Source of the DNA: Cyanophora paradoxa CCMP329
Taxonomy: Eukaryota > Plantae > Glaucophyta
Assembly (NCBI GenBank): GCA_004431415.1
Contig: QPMI01000313.1
Span: forward strand, 1-50,980
Direction of reading: 5' to 3'
DNA length: 50,980 nt
The position numbers and the translations under genes were made by a program. Positions 34,401 to 45,600 of the stretch are shown piece after piece. A model generated the notes under the pieces. The model was given only the letters and a program-made list of their open reading frames with translations, had not been told where the DNA came from and searched no databases. Position 1 is the stretch's first letter; each line of letters opens with the position of its first letter.

Positions 34401-35222
34401 ACTGTCCATGAGCAGGGCCGGGCAGGGACAGTACCTGTAAAGGTACAGGAAGTTCCCACCTGGGCCTTATTGGACACAGGAGCAGACGTTTCTTTGGCCT
34501 CACAAAAATTGCTAAACAAGTTGCCAGTGCAGCCTGAAGTTGTAAAAGCTGCACCCAAGCTTCGAGGTTTTACAAAAGAAATGGTCCCTGCTGTTGGATC
34601 AACAAATTTGAGAATAGAACTAGGAAGTTTGCAGACAGTTGAACGAGTGGCGGTGATGGATAAGCTTTCCCACGATGTGATTCTTGGAAGAGATTATTGT
34701 GAAAAGAATATGATTGACATTTCCCATTCCAAAGGGATTGTACACTCCTTTGTGAACCCCTCATTGCAAGTCCCATTGTCACTTGGAACAACCAAATCTG
34801 AGTCAAGTGTTGCTCTTGCTGAAGATGTGAAAATTCCTGAAAACACAGGTGTTAAAGTAGTACTTCGAGTAGATAGTAATGGAGAAGGAGTAATAATTTT
34901 TCCTGAATGCGAAATTGTCCCTGGAGTTTATGGACTCTCCACTGTTCAGCAAGTTTCGAATGGCCTCACTTCATCTGTTTTGTACAACTTGAACGATTTT
35001 CCTGTAATTTTGAACAAAGGGCTAACGTGTGGAGAATGGTGGCCTAAAACGGACTGTGAAATCATGTCTTTGGATATTGGTCAAAAAGAGATTCCTGGAA
35101 AGTCCTTTGAAGTCTCTACAATTGCACCTTCATTCGATAAAGGGTACTTCGAAAAGATCAAGTCGCAAATTGATTATGGATTTTCAGGAGCTACAGCTGA
35201 TCAGAAGGAAAAGATAGAGGCT
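31495..35222 (+). repeat. Tandem amplification (period ~1410 bp, ~2.6 copies) of the family B gag-C/protease segment
   Basis: Identical ORF starts at 32475 and 33885; identical junction GAGGCTTCTCAAAAAG near 32400 and 33810. Confidence 0.93.
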
Positions 35223-35906
35223 TTGTTGCGAAACAATTGTGATGTGTTTGTAGAAAAATTTGTTTTTGATCCCAAGGCTTGTTTACCAGGTGAGCATTCT
35301 ATCAACACTGGATCTTCACTTCCCATTTATTCAAGGCCTTTGCACTGGTCTCCTAAGGATAGAGCACTTTTCAAAACAACACTGGAAGATTTGATTTCCA
35401 GGTCACTTTTACACATATCCAAGTTTTTCGGCTTGGACATGAATGGGATTCTAGTTTTCAAGCCTTCCAATCTGCAGCAGAGAGTGGTTATTCCTAAATC
35501 TTTACAGCATGAGTTGATTTCGAAATCTCATGATCACCCTATGTCTGGACACTTTGGACATGAGAAAATGTTATTCGATTTGAAACGGAAGTATTTCTGG
35601 AAATCCATGAATGAGGATGTGAAGAAGTTCGTTTCTAACTGCGTCAAGTGCCAATATCAGAAGCCCCTGACAGGTCGTTCACAAGCGCCTCAGCAAATGG
35701 TAGAAGCTTCTTCAAGGCCTTTTGTGGTTGTCGAACTGGATTTTATCGGCCCTCTGCCGACCACAAACCGAGGAAATCGCTTTATATGTACAGCTTTATG
35801 TGTCTACACTGGATATGGCGAAGCTCGAGCAACTGCGTCCATGTCGGCTAAGGCTGCTTGCAACATGCTTTATGAGGAGATCATATGTCGGCATGGATTG
35901 GTATAA
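33885..35906 (+). pseudogene. Chimeric gag-C (Zn knuckle, RGG repeats)-protease-integrase fragment ORF
   Basis: CRFC-x6-H-x4-C, RGGFG repeats and LDTGA; jumps from the RT start (LEDLISR) to a diverged integrase piece at ~35402-35898. Confidence 0.85.
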
Positions 35907-35914
35907 GTATATTC

Positions 35915-38491
35915 TCCATTGACACTGGATCTGCACTTCCCATTAATTCAAGGCCTTTGCACTGGTCTCCTAAGGATAGAGCACTTTTCAAAACAACATT
36001 GGAAGATTTGATTTCCAGAAACATTGCTGAGCCTTCGCAGAGTCCATGGTCAGCACCAGCTTTCTTTGTTACAAAGCAAGGCACAGATGAAATGCGGCTA
36101 GTCACTGATTATCGCAAGTTGAATGCAATTACAAAGAAGAATGTGTATCCTCTTCCCAAGATTCAGGACATGTTGGATGCCCTCCAAGGCAACCAGTTTT
36201 TCTCCACAATGGACTTTTCAAGTGGGTTCTGGCAAGTTAAGATGAAGGATCAAGACAAAGAAAAGACAGCATTCAAAACGCCGTTTGGATTATTTCAGCT
36301 AAAAGTGATGGCGATGGGGCTCACTAATGCACCCCCAACCTTTCAGTCTATAATGGAAGGAATGTTGAACGATTATCTGTGGATATTTGTGCTTGTTTTT
36401 ATTGACGATTTGATTACTTTCTCAAAGTCTTTTGAAGAACATTGCACCCATTTGCAGAAAGTGTTCAACAGGCTGCGGAAAAACCACGCGAAGTTAAAAC
36501 CTAGTAAGTGTCACCTATTCAAAAAGGAGTTGCAATTTCTTGGGCATATTGTTGATGGAACTGGAAGGAGTCCCGATCCAGCGAAGTTAAAGGCCATTGC
36601 CGAGTTTCAACAGCCAACAGATGTATCCAGTTTGCGATCCTTCTTGGGAACTTGCAACTATTATAGGGACAATGTCCAAAATTTCTCGCAAATCACATCT
36701 GATTTATATGAATTGACACAGAAGAATATTGAATGGAAGTGGACAGACCACCATCAGCAACTCTTTGAGCAGGTGAAGCAAGAGTTATTGAAAAAGACTG
36801 TTCTCCACTTCCCTGATTTCAACAAGCGTTTCATTCTTGAAACTGATGCCAGTGATAAAGGCATTGGAGGTATACTATCGCAGGAGAAGGATGGAAAAAT
36901 CATGCCAGTTTACTTCTATAGCAGAAAATGGAGAAAAGAAGAAAGAAATATGCCAGCTTCGGAGGCTGAATGTGCAGCTGTTGTTGATTGTCTCAATACT
37001 TGGAGTCACTACATCAAAGGTGCCCCCAAATCGATTCTCTACACTGACTGCAAGGCATTAGAATGGCTGTTTTCTTTGAAACCCGAAAAGGGAAAGCTCG
37101 CTCGATGGGCAGCTCTGATTCAGCAATATGACATTGACATTCAGTATCGGAGAGGACTATTGAACAAGGCTGATGGCCCATCACGTTACCCAGTGGCTCC
37201 TGATATCAGCAAAAGCGCGGAAGATGTTTTAGATATTTTGCATCTTGAGATGATATTTGGAGATGATAAGTTCGAGGAATTGTTCGAGGCCCAACGCCGA
37301 GATGAGTTCTGTAGATCACTTATTGACATTTTGGAAGGCAACAACTCACACAATGAAAAGCTTTTACGCACATCCCAGTTTTTCGGCTTGGACAAGAATG
37401 GGATTCTGGTTTTCAAGCCTTCCAATCTGCAGCACAGAGTGGTTATTCCTAAGTCTTTACAGCATGAGTTGATTTCGAAATCTCATGATCACCCCATGTC
37501 TGGACACTTTGGACATGAGAAAATTTTATTTGATTTGAAACGGAAGTATTTCTGGAAATCCATGAATGAAGATGTGAAAAAGTTCGTTTCTAACTGCATC
37601 AAGTGTCAATATCGGAAACCTCTGACAGGTCGTTCACAAGCGCCTCAGCAAATGGTAGAAGCTTCAAGGCCTTTTGAGGTTGTTGAACTGGATTTTATCG
37701 GCCCTCTACCTACTACAAACCGAGGCAATCGCTTTATTTGTACAGCTATATGTGTCTATACTGGATATGGCGAAGCTCGTGCAACTGCATCAATGTCAGC
37801 CAAGGCTGCTTGCAACATGCTTTATGAGGACATCATATGCCGGCATGGAGTTCCAAAAATGATTTACACTGATCAAGGTGGAGCATTTGCTAGTGGAGTA
37901 ACAAAACGACTTTGTAGCAAGTTCGGAATTAAATCCGTGCTCAACTCTGGATACCGACCTCAGGCGACTGGCAAGGTCGAACGGCTCAACCAAACTCTCA
38001 AGGATATTATTTACAATTACATAAATGACGAGCACTCGGATTGGGATAAGTATATTTCGTCAGCATTGTTTGCGATTCGAAGCCACGTAAACAAGACAAT
38101 GGGCGTATCGCCGTTCTTTCCCGTCTACGGGCGCGATGCGGTCTTTCCTTACGATTTATCTCTTTCTCACGAGTCGGAACAGCCGAACTACTTGGAACAT
38201 ATGCTTACTCGATTGAATGATGCCAAGCAGCGAGTTGACAGTATTTTCGCAAAGCGCAAGGAGGAAGTGATGGCAGAGAATGCTAAAGATGATTGGACAC
38301 GTTTTGAGATTGACGACATGGTCCTAGTTCGTGACCTTGGGGCGAAAGGTTTACAACCCCGGTTTACTGGACCTTACGCTGTTTTGAAGCGGACGTCCGC
38401 GGTCAACTATCTCTTATGGGACCCAGAGCGGCCCAAGTTTCCTTTCGTTAGCCACGTTGACCGGATGCGTCCTTTCGTAGCACAGAGCTAG
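35915..38491 (+). CDS. Ty3/gypsy pol (RT-RNase H-integrase), family B copy 2
   Basis: Uninterrupted RT, RH and IN motifs as in copy 1, followed by a PPT and LTR. Confidence 0.93.
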   Translation, partial: SIDTGSALPINSRPLHWSPKDRALFKTTLEDLISRNIAEPSQSPWSAPAFFVTKQGTDEMRLVTDYRKLNAITKKNVYPLPKIQDMLDALQGNQFFSTMDFSSGFWQVKMKDQDKEKTAFKTPFGLFQLKVMAMGLTNAPPTFQSIMEGMLNDYLWIFVLVFIDDLITFSKSFEEHCTHLQKVFNRLRKNHAKLKPSKCHLFKKELQFLGHIVDGTGRSPDPAKLKAIAEFQQPTDVSSLRSFLGTCNYYRDNVQNFSQITSDLYELTQKNIEWKWTDHHQQLFEQVKQELLKKTVLHFPDFNKRFILETDASDKGIGGILSQEKDGKIMPVYFYSRKWRKEERNMPASEAECAAVVDCLNTWSHYIKGAPKSILYTDCKALEWLFSLKPEKGKLARWAALIQQYDIDIQYRRGLLNKADGPSRYPVAPDISKSAEDVLDILHLEMIFGDDKFEELFEAQRRDEFCRSLIDILEGNNSHNEKLLRTSQFFGLDKNGILVFKPSNLQHRVVIPKSLQHELISKSHDHPMSGHFGHEKILFDLKRKYFWKSMNEDVKKFVSNCIKCQYRKPLTGRSQAPQQMVEASRPFEVVELDFIGPLPTTNRGNRFICTAICVYTGYGEARATASMSAKAACNMLYEDIICRHGVPKMIYTDQGGAFASGVTKRLCSKFGIKSVLNSGYRPQATGKVERLNQTLKDIIYNYINDEHSDWDKYISSALFAIRSHVNKTMGVSPFFPVYGRDAVFPYDLSLSHESEQPNYLEHMLTRLNDAKQRVDSIFAKRKEEVMAENAKDDWTRFEIDDMVLVRDLGAKGLQPRFTGPYAVLKRTSAVNYLLWDPERPKFPFVSHVDRMRPFVAQS

Positions 38492-38502
38492 CGGAGAGGG
38501 GA

Positions 38503-38618
38503 TGACAGGCTCCCGCCTGCAGGCTCTCTCTCTCGTTTCCCCCCCCCCAGTCGGGGTAAGGAGCTTATCTTGTATGCACGGGTGAACAATAAGAAGACAA
38601 AATCTAGCGCTGCCAACA
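38503..38618 (+). repeat. 3' LTR of family B copy 2 (116 bp)
   Basis: Nearly identical to 26431-26546; abuts the inverted satellite. Confidence 0.95.
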
Positions 38619-39684
38619 GTGCATATTCCCCCAGAGAGGTTTGGGGTGAATCTTCTTCTTTTTTGTGGCAGATCGGAAACCGGGGGCCTTCAACTGAGTG
38701 ACTTGCTGGTGGGTGGGTCATTTGCCTGAGGCTAGAGCCTTGTGCATATTCCCCCAGAGAGATTTGAAGTGCATCTTTCTTCTATTTTGTGGCGGATCGG
38801 AAACCTGCGGCCTCTGAATGGGTGACTTGCTGGTGGGTGGGTCATTTACCTAAGGCTAGCGCCTTGTGCATATTCCCCCAGAGAGATTTGAAGTGCATCT
38901 TTCTTCTATTTTCTGGCAGATCGGAAACCAGGGGCCTTCAACTGAGTGACTTGCTGGTGCGTGGGTCATTTGCCTGAGGCTAGAGCCTTGTGCATATTCC
39001 CCCAGAGAGATTTGGGGTGCATCTTTCTTCTATTTTCTGGCAGATTGGAAACCCGGGGCGTTCCACTGGGTGAGTTGCTGGTGGGTGGGTCATCTGCCTA
39101 AGGCTAGCGCCTTGTGCATATTCCCCCAGAGAGATTTGGGGTGCATCCTTTTTCTATTTTCTGGGAGATCGGAAACCTGGGGCTTCGACTGAGTGACTTG
39201 CTGGTGGGTGGGTCATCTGTGTAAGGCTAGCGCCTTGTGCATATTCCCCCAGAGAGATTTGGGGTGCATCTTTCTTCTATTTTGTGGCAGATCGGAAACC
39301 GGGGGCCTTCAACTGAGTGACTTGCTGGTGGGTGGGTCATTTGCCTGAGGCTAGAGCCTTGTGCATATTCCCCCAGAGAGATTTGGGGTGAATCTTCTTC
39401 TTTTTTGTGGTGGGTCATCTGCCTAAGGCTAGCGCCTTGTGCATATTCCCCCAGAGAGATTTGGGGTGCATCTTTCTTCTATTTTGTGGCAGATCGGAAA
39501 CCCGGGGCCTTCGACTGAGTGACTTGCTGGTGGGTGGGGCATTTGCCTAAGGCTAGAGCCTCGTGCATATTCACCCAGAGAGATTTGGGGTGCATCCTTC
39601 TTCTATTTTGTGGCAGATCAGAAACCTGCAGCCTCTGACTGGGTGACTTGCTTGTTGGAAGAGATTTGGGGTACATCTTTCTTC
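38619..39684 (-). repeat. Satellite monomers in inverted orientation (diverged)
   Basis: Reverse-complement monomers; orientation switches at ~39684. Confidence 0.95.
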
Positions 39685-42600
39685 CCAGGTTTCGGATCTG
39701 TGGCAAAATAGAAGAAAGATGCACCCCAAATCTCTCGGGGGGAATATGCACAAGGCGCTAACCTCTGGCAGATGACCCACCCACCCAGAAGTCACTCAGT
39801 CAAAGGCCCCAAGTTTCCGATCTGCCACAAAATAGAAGAAAGATGCACCCAAAATCTCTCTGGGGGAACATGCACAAGGTGCTAGCTTTAGGCAGATGAC
39901 CCACCCACCAGCAAGTCACTCAGTCGAAGGCCCCAGGTTTCCGATCTGCCACAAAATAGAAGACAGATGCACCCCAAATCTCTCTGGGGGGATATGCACA
40001 AGGCGCTAGCCTTAGGCAGATGACCCACTCAACAGCAAGTCACTCAGTCAAAGGCCCCAGGTTTCTGATCTGCCACAAAAAGAAAGAAAGATGCACCCCA
40101 AATCTCTCTGGGGGGATATGCACAAGGTGCTAGCCTTAGGCAGATGACCCACCCACCAGCAAGTCACTCAGTCGAACACCCCAGGTTTCTGATCCGCCAC
40201 AAAATAGAAGAATAATGCACCCCTCTCTGGGGGGATATGCATCAGGCGCTAGCCTTAGGCAGATGACCCACCCACCAGCAAGTCACTCAGTCAAAGGCCC
40301 CAGGTTTCCGATCTGCCAGAAAATAGAAGAAAGATGCACCCAAAATCTCTCTGGGGAACATGCACCAGGTGCTAGCCTTAGGCAGATGATCCACCCACCA
40401 ACAAGTCACTCAGTCGAAGCCCCAGGTTTCCGATCTGCCACAAAATAGAAGAAAGATGCACCCCAAATCTCTCTGGGGATATGCACAGGCGCTGCCTTAG
40501 GCAGATGACCCACCCACCAGCAAGCACTCAGTCAAGGCCCCAGGTTTCCGATCGCCACAAAATAGAAGAAAGATGCACCCCAAATCTCTCTGGGGGAATA
40601 TGCACAAGGCGCTAGCCTTAGGCAGATGACCCACCCACCAGCAAGTCACTCAGTCGAAGGCCCCAGGTTTCCAATCTGCCACAAAAAGAAGAAAGATGCA
40701 CCCCAAATCTCTCTGGGGGAATATGCACAAGGCGCTAGCCTTAGGCAGATGACCCACCCACCAGCAAGTCACTCAGTCAACGCCCCAGGTTTCCGATCTG
40801 CCACAAAATAGAAGAAAGATGCACCCAAATCTCTCTGGGGGAATATGCACAAGGCGCTAGCCTTAGGCAGATGACCCACCCACCAGCAAGTCACTCAGTC
40901 GAAGGCCCCAGGTTTCCGATCTGCCACAAAATAGAAGAAAGATGCACTCCAAATCTCTCTGGGGGAATATGCACAAGGCGCTAGCCTTAGGCAGATGACC
41001 CACCCACCAGCAAGTCACTCAGTCGAAGGCCCCAGGTTTCCGATCTGCCACAAAATAGAAGAAAGATGCACCCCAAATCTCTCTGGGGGAATATGCACAA
41101 GGCGCTAGCCTTAGGCAGATGACCCACCCACCAGCAAGTCACTCAGTGAAGGCCCCAGGTTTCCGATCTGCCACAAAATAGAAGAAAGATGCACCCAAAT
41201 CTCTCTGGGGGAATATGCACAAGGCGCTAGCCTTAGGCAGATGACCCACCCACAGCAAGTCACTCAGTCAAGGCCCCAGGTTTCGATCTGCCACAAAAAG
41301 AAGAAGATGCACCCAAATCTCTCTGGGGGAATATGCACAAGGCGCTAGCCTTAGGCAGATGACCCACCCACCAGCAAGTCACTCAGTCAGAGGCCCCAGG
41401 TTTCCGATCTGCCACAAAATAGAAGAAAGATGCACCCAAATCTCTCTGGGGGAATATGCACAAGGCGCTAGCCTTAGGCAGATGACCCACCCACCAGCAA
41501 GTCACTCAGTCAAGGCCCCAGGTTTCCGATCTGCCACAAAATAGAAGAAAGATGCACCCCAAATCTCTCTGGGGGAATATGCACAAGGCGCTAGCCTTAG
41601 GCAGATGACCCACCCACCAGCAAGTCACTCAGTCAAAGGCCCCAGGTTTCCGATCTGCCACAAAATAGAAGAAAGATGCACCCCAAATCTCTCTGGGGGA
41701 ATATGCACAAGGCGCTAGCCTTAGGCAGATGACCCACCCACCAGCAAGTCACTCAGTCGAAGGCCCAGGTTTCCGATCTGCCACAAAATAGAAGAAAGAT
41801 GCACCCCAAATCTCTCTGGGGGAATATGCACAAGGCGCTAGCCTTAGGCAGATGACCCACCCACCAGCAAGTCACTCAGTCAAGGCCCCAGGTTTCCGAT
41901 CTGCCACAAAATAGAAGAAAGATGCACCCAAATCTCTCTGGGGAATATGCACAAGGCGCTAGCCTTAGGCAGATGACCCACCCACCAGCAAGTCACTCAG
42001 TCAAGGCCCAGGTTTCCGATCTGCCACAAAATAGAAGAAAGATGCACCCAAATCTCTCTGGGGGAATATGCACAAGGCGCTAGCCTTAGGCAGATGACCC
42101 ACCCACCAGCAAGTCACTCAGTCAAGGCCCCAGGTTTCCGATCTGCCACAAAATAGAAGAAGATGCACCCAAATCTCTCTGGGGGAATATGCACAAGGCG
42201 CTAGCCTTAGGCAGATGACCCACCCACCAGCAAGTCACTCAGTCAAGGCCCCAGGTTTCCGATCTGCCACAAAATAGAAGAAAGATGCACCCCAAATCTC
42301 TCTGGGGAATATGCACAAGGCGCTAGCCTTAGGCAGATGACCCACCCACCAGCAAGTCACTCAGTCAAAGGCCCCAGGTTTCCGATCTGCCACAAAATAG
42401 AAGAAAGATGCACCCCAAATCTCTCTGGGGAATATGCACAAGGCGCTAGCCTTAGGCAGATGACCCACCCACCAGCAAGTCACTCAGTCAAGGCCCCAGG
42501 TTTCCGATCTGCCACAAAATAGAAGAAAGATGCACCCAAATCTCTCTGGGGAATATGCACAAGGCGCTAGCCTTAGGCAGATGACCCACCCACCAGCAAG

Positions 42601-45600
42601 TCACTCAGTCAAGGCCCCAGGTTTCCGATCTGCCACAAAATAGAAGAAAGATGCACCCAAATCTCTCTGGGGAATATGCACAAGGCGCTAGCCTTAGGCA
42701 GATGACCCACCCACCAGCAAGTCACTCAGTCAAGGCCCCAGGTTTCCGATCTGCCACAAAATAGAAGAAAGATGCACCCAAATCTCTCTGGGGAATATGC
42801 ACAAGGCGCTAGCCTTAGGCAGATGACCCACCCACCAGCAAGTCACTCAGTCAAGGCCCCAGGTTTCCGATCTGCCACAAAATAGAAGAAAGATGCACCC
42901 AAATCTCTCTGGGGAATATGCACAAGGCGCTAGCCTTAGGCAGATGACCCACCCACCAGCAAGTCACTCAGTCAAGGCCCCAGGTTTCCGATCTGCCACA
43001 AAATAGAAGAAGATGCACCCAAATCTCTCTGGGGAATATGCACAAGGCGCTAGCCTTAGGCAGATGACCCACCCACCAGCAAGTCACTCAGTCAAGGCCC
43101 CAGGTTTCCGATCTGCCACAAAATAGAAGAAGATGCACCCAAATCTCTCTGGGGAATATGCACAAGGCGCTAGCCTTAGGCAGATGACCCACCCACCAGC
43201 AAGTCACTCAGTCAAGGCCCCAGGTTTCCGATCTGCCACAAAATAGAAGAAAGATGCACCCAAATCTCTCTGGGGAATATGCACAAGGCGCTAGCCTTAG
43301 GCAGATGACCCACCCACCAGCAAGTCACTCAGTCAAGGCCCCAGGTTTCCGATCTGCCACAAAATAGAAGAAAGATGCACCCAAATCTCTCTGGGGGAAT
43401 ATGCACAAGGCGCTAGCCTTAGGCAGATGACCCACCCACCAGCAAGTCACTCAGTCAAGGCCCCAGGTTTCCGATCTGCCACAAAATAGAAGAAGATGCA
43501 CCCAAATCTCTCTGGGGAATATGCACAAGGCGCTAGCCTTAGGCAGATGACCCACCCACCAGCAAGTCACTCAGTCAAGGCCCCAGGTTTCCGATCTGCC
43601 ACAAAATAGAAGAAAGATGCACCCAAATCTCTCTGGGGAATATGCACAAGGCGCTAGCCTTAGGCAGATGACCCACCCACCAGCAAGTCACTCAGTCAAG
43701 GCCCCAGGTTTCCGATCTGCCACAAAATAGAAGAAGATGCACCCAAATCTCTCTGGGGAATATGCACAAGGCGCTAGCCTTAGGCAGATGACCCACCCAC
43801 CAGCAAGTCACTCAGTCAAGGCCCCAGGTTTCCGATCTGCCACAAAATAGAAGAAAGATGCACCCAAATCTCTCTGGGGGAATATGCACAAGGCGCTAGC
43901 CTTAGGCAGATGACCCACCCACCAGCAAGTCACTCAGTCAAGGCCCCAGGTTTCCGATCTGCCACAAAATAGAAGAAGATGCACCCAAATCTCTCTGGGG
44001 AATATGCACAAGGCGCTAGCCTTAGGCAGATGACCCACCCACCAGCAAGTCACTCAGTCAAGGCCCCAGGTTTCCGATCTGCCACAAAATAGAAGAAAGA
44101 TGCACCCCAAATCTCTCTGGGGGAATATGCACAAGGCGCTAGCCTTAGGCAGATGACCCACCCACCAGCAAGTCACTCAGTCAAAGGCCCCAGGTTTCCG
44201 ATCTGCCACAAAATAGAAGAAGATGCACCCAAATCTCTCTGGGGGAATATGCACAAGGCGCTAGCCTTAGGCAGATGACCCACCCACCAGCAAGTCACTC
44301 AGTCGAAGGCCCCAGGTTTCCGATCTGCCACAAAATAGAAGAAAGATGCACCCCAAATCTCTCTGGGGGAATATGCACAAGGCGCTAGCCTTAGGCAGAT
44401 GACCCACCCACCAGCAAGTCACTCAGTCAAAGGCCCCAGGTTTCCGATCTGCCACAAAATAGAAGAAGATGCACCCAAATCTCTCTGGGGGAATATGCAC
44501 AAGGCGCTAGCCTTAGGCAGATGACCCACCCACCAGCAAGTCACTCAGTCAAAGGCCCCAGGTTTCCGATCTGCCACAAAATAGAAGAAAGATGCACCCA
44601 AATCTCTCTGGGGAATATGCACAAGGCGCTAGCCTTAGGCAGATGACCCACCCACCAGCAAGTCACTCAGTCAAGGCCCCAGGTTTCCGATCTGCCACAA
44701 AATAGAAGAAAGATGCACCCAAATCTCTCTGGGGAATATGCACAAGGCGCTAGCCTTAGGCAGATGACCCACCCACCAGCAAGTCACTCAGTCAAGGCCC
44801 CAGGTTTCCGATCTGCCACAAAATAGAAGAAAGATGCACCCAAATCTCTCTGGGGGAATATGCACAAGGCGCTAGCCTTAGGCAGATGACCCACCCACCA
44901 GCAAGTCACTCAGTCAAGGCCCCAGGTTTCCGATCTGCCACAAAATAGAAGAAAGATGCACCCAAATCTCTCTGGGGAATATGCACAAGGCGCTAGCCTT
45001 AGGCAGATGACCCACCCACCAGCAAGTCACTCAGTCGAAGGCCCCAGGTTTCCGATCTGCCACAAAATAGAAGAAAGATGCACCCAAATCTCTCTGGGGA
45101 ATATGCACAAGGCGCTAGCCTTAGGCAGATGACCCACCCACCAGCAAGTCACTCAGTCAAAGGCCCCAGGTTTCCGATCTGCCACAAAATAGAAGAAAGA
45201 TGCACCCCAAATCTCTCTGGGGAATATGCACAAGGCGCTAGCCTTAGGCAGATGACCCACCCACCAGCAAGTCACTCAGTCGAAGGCCCCAGGTTTCCGA
45301 TCTGCCACAAAATAGAAGGAAGATGCACCCCAAATCTCTCTGGGGGAATATGCACAAGGCGCTAGCCTTAGGCAGATGACCCACCCACCAGCAAGTCACT
45401 CAGTCAAGGCCCCAGGTTTCCGATCTGCCACAAAATAGAAGAAAGATGCACCCCAAATCTCTCTGGGGGAATATGCACAAGGCGCTAGCCTTAGGCAGAT
45501 GACCCACCCACCAGCAAGTCACTCAGTCAAGGCCCCAGGTTTCCGATCTGCCACAAAATAGAAGAAGATGCACCCAAATCTCTCTGGGGGAATATGCACA

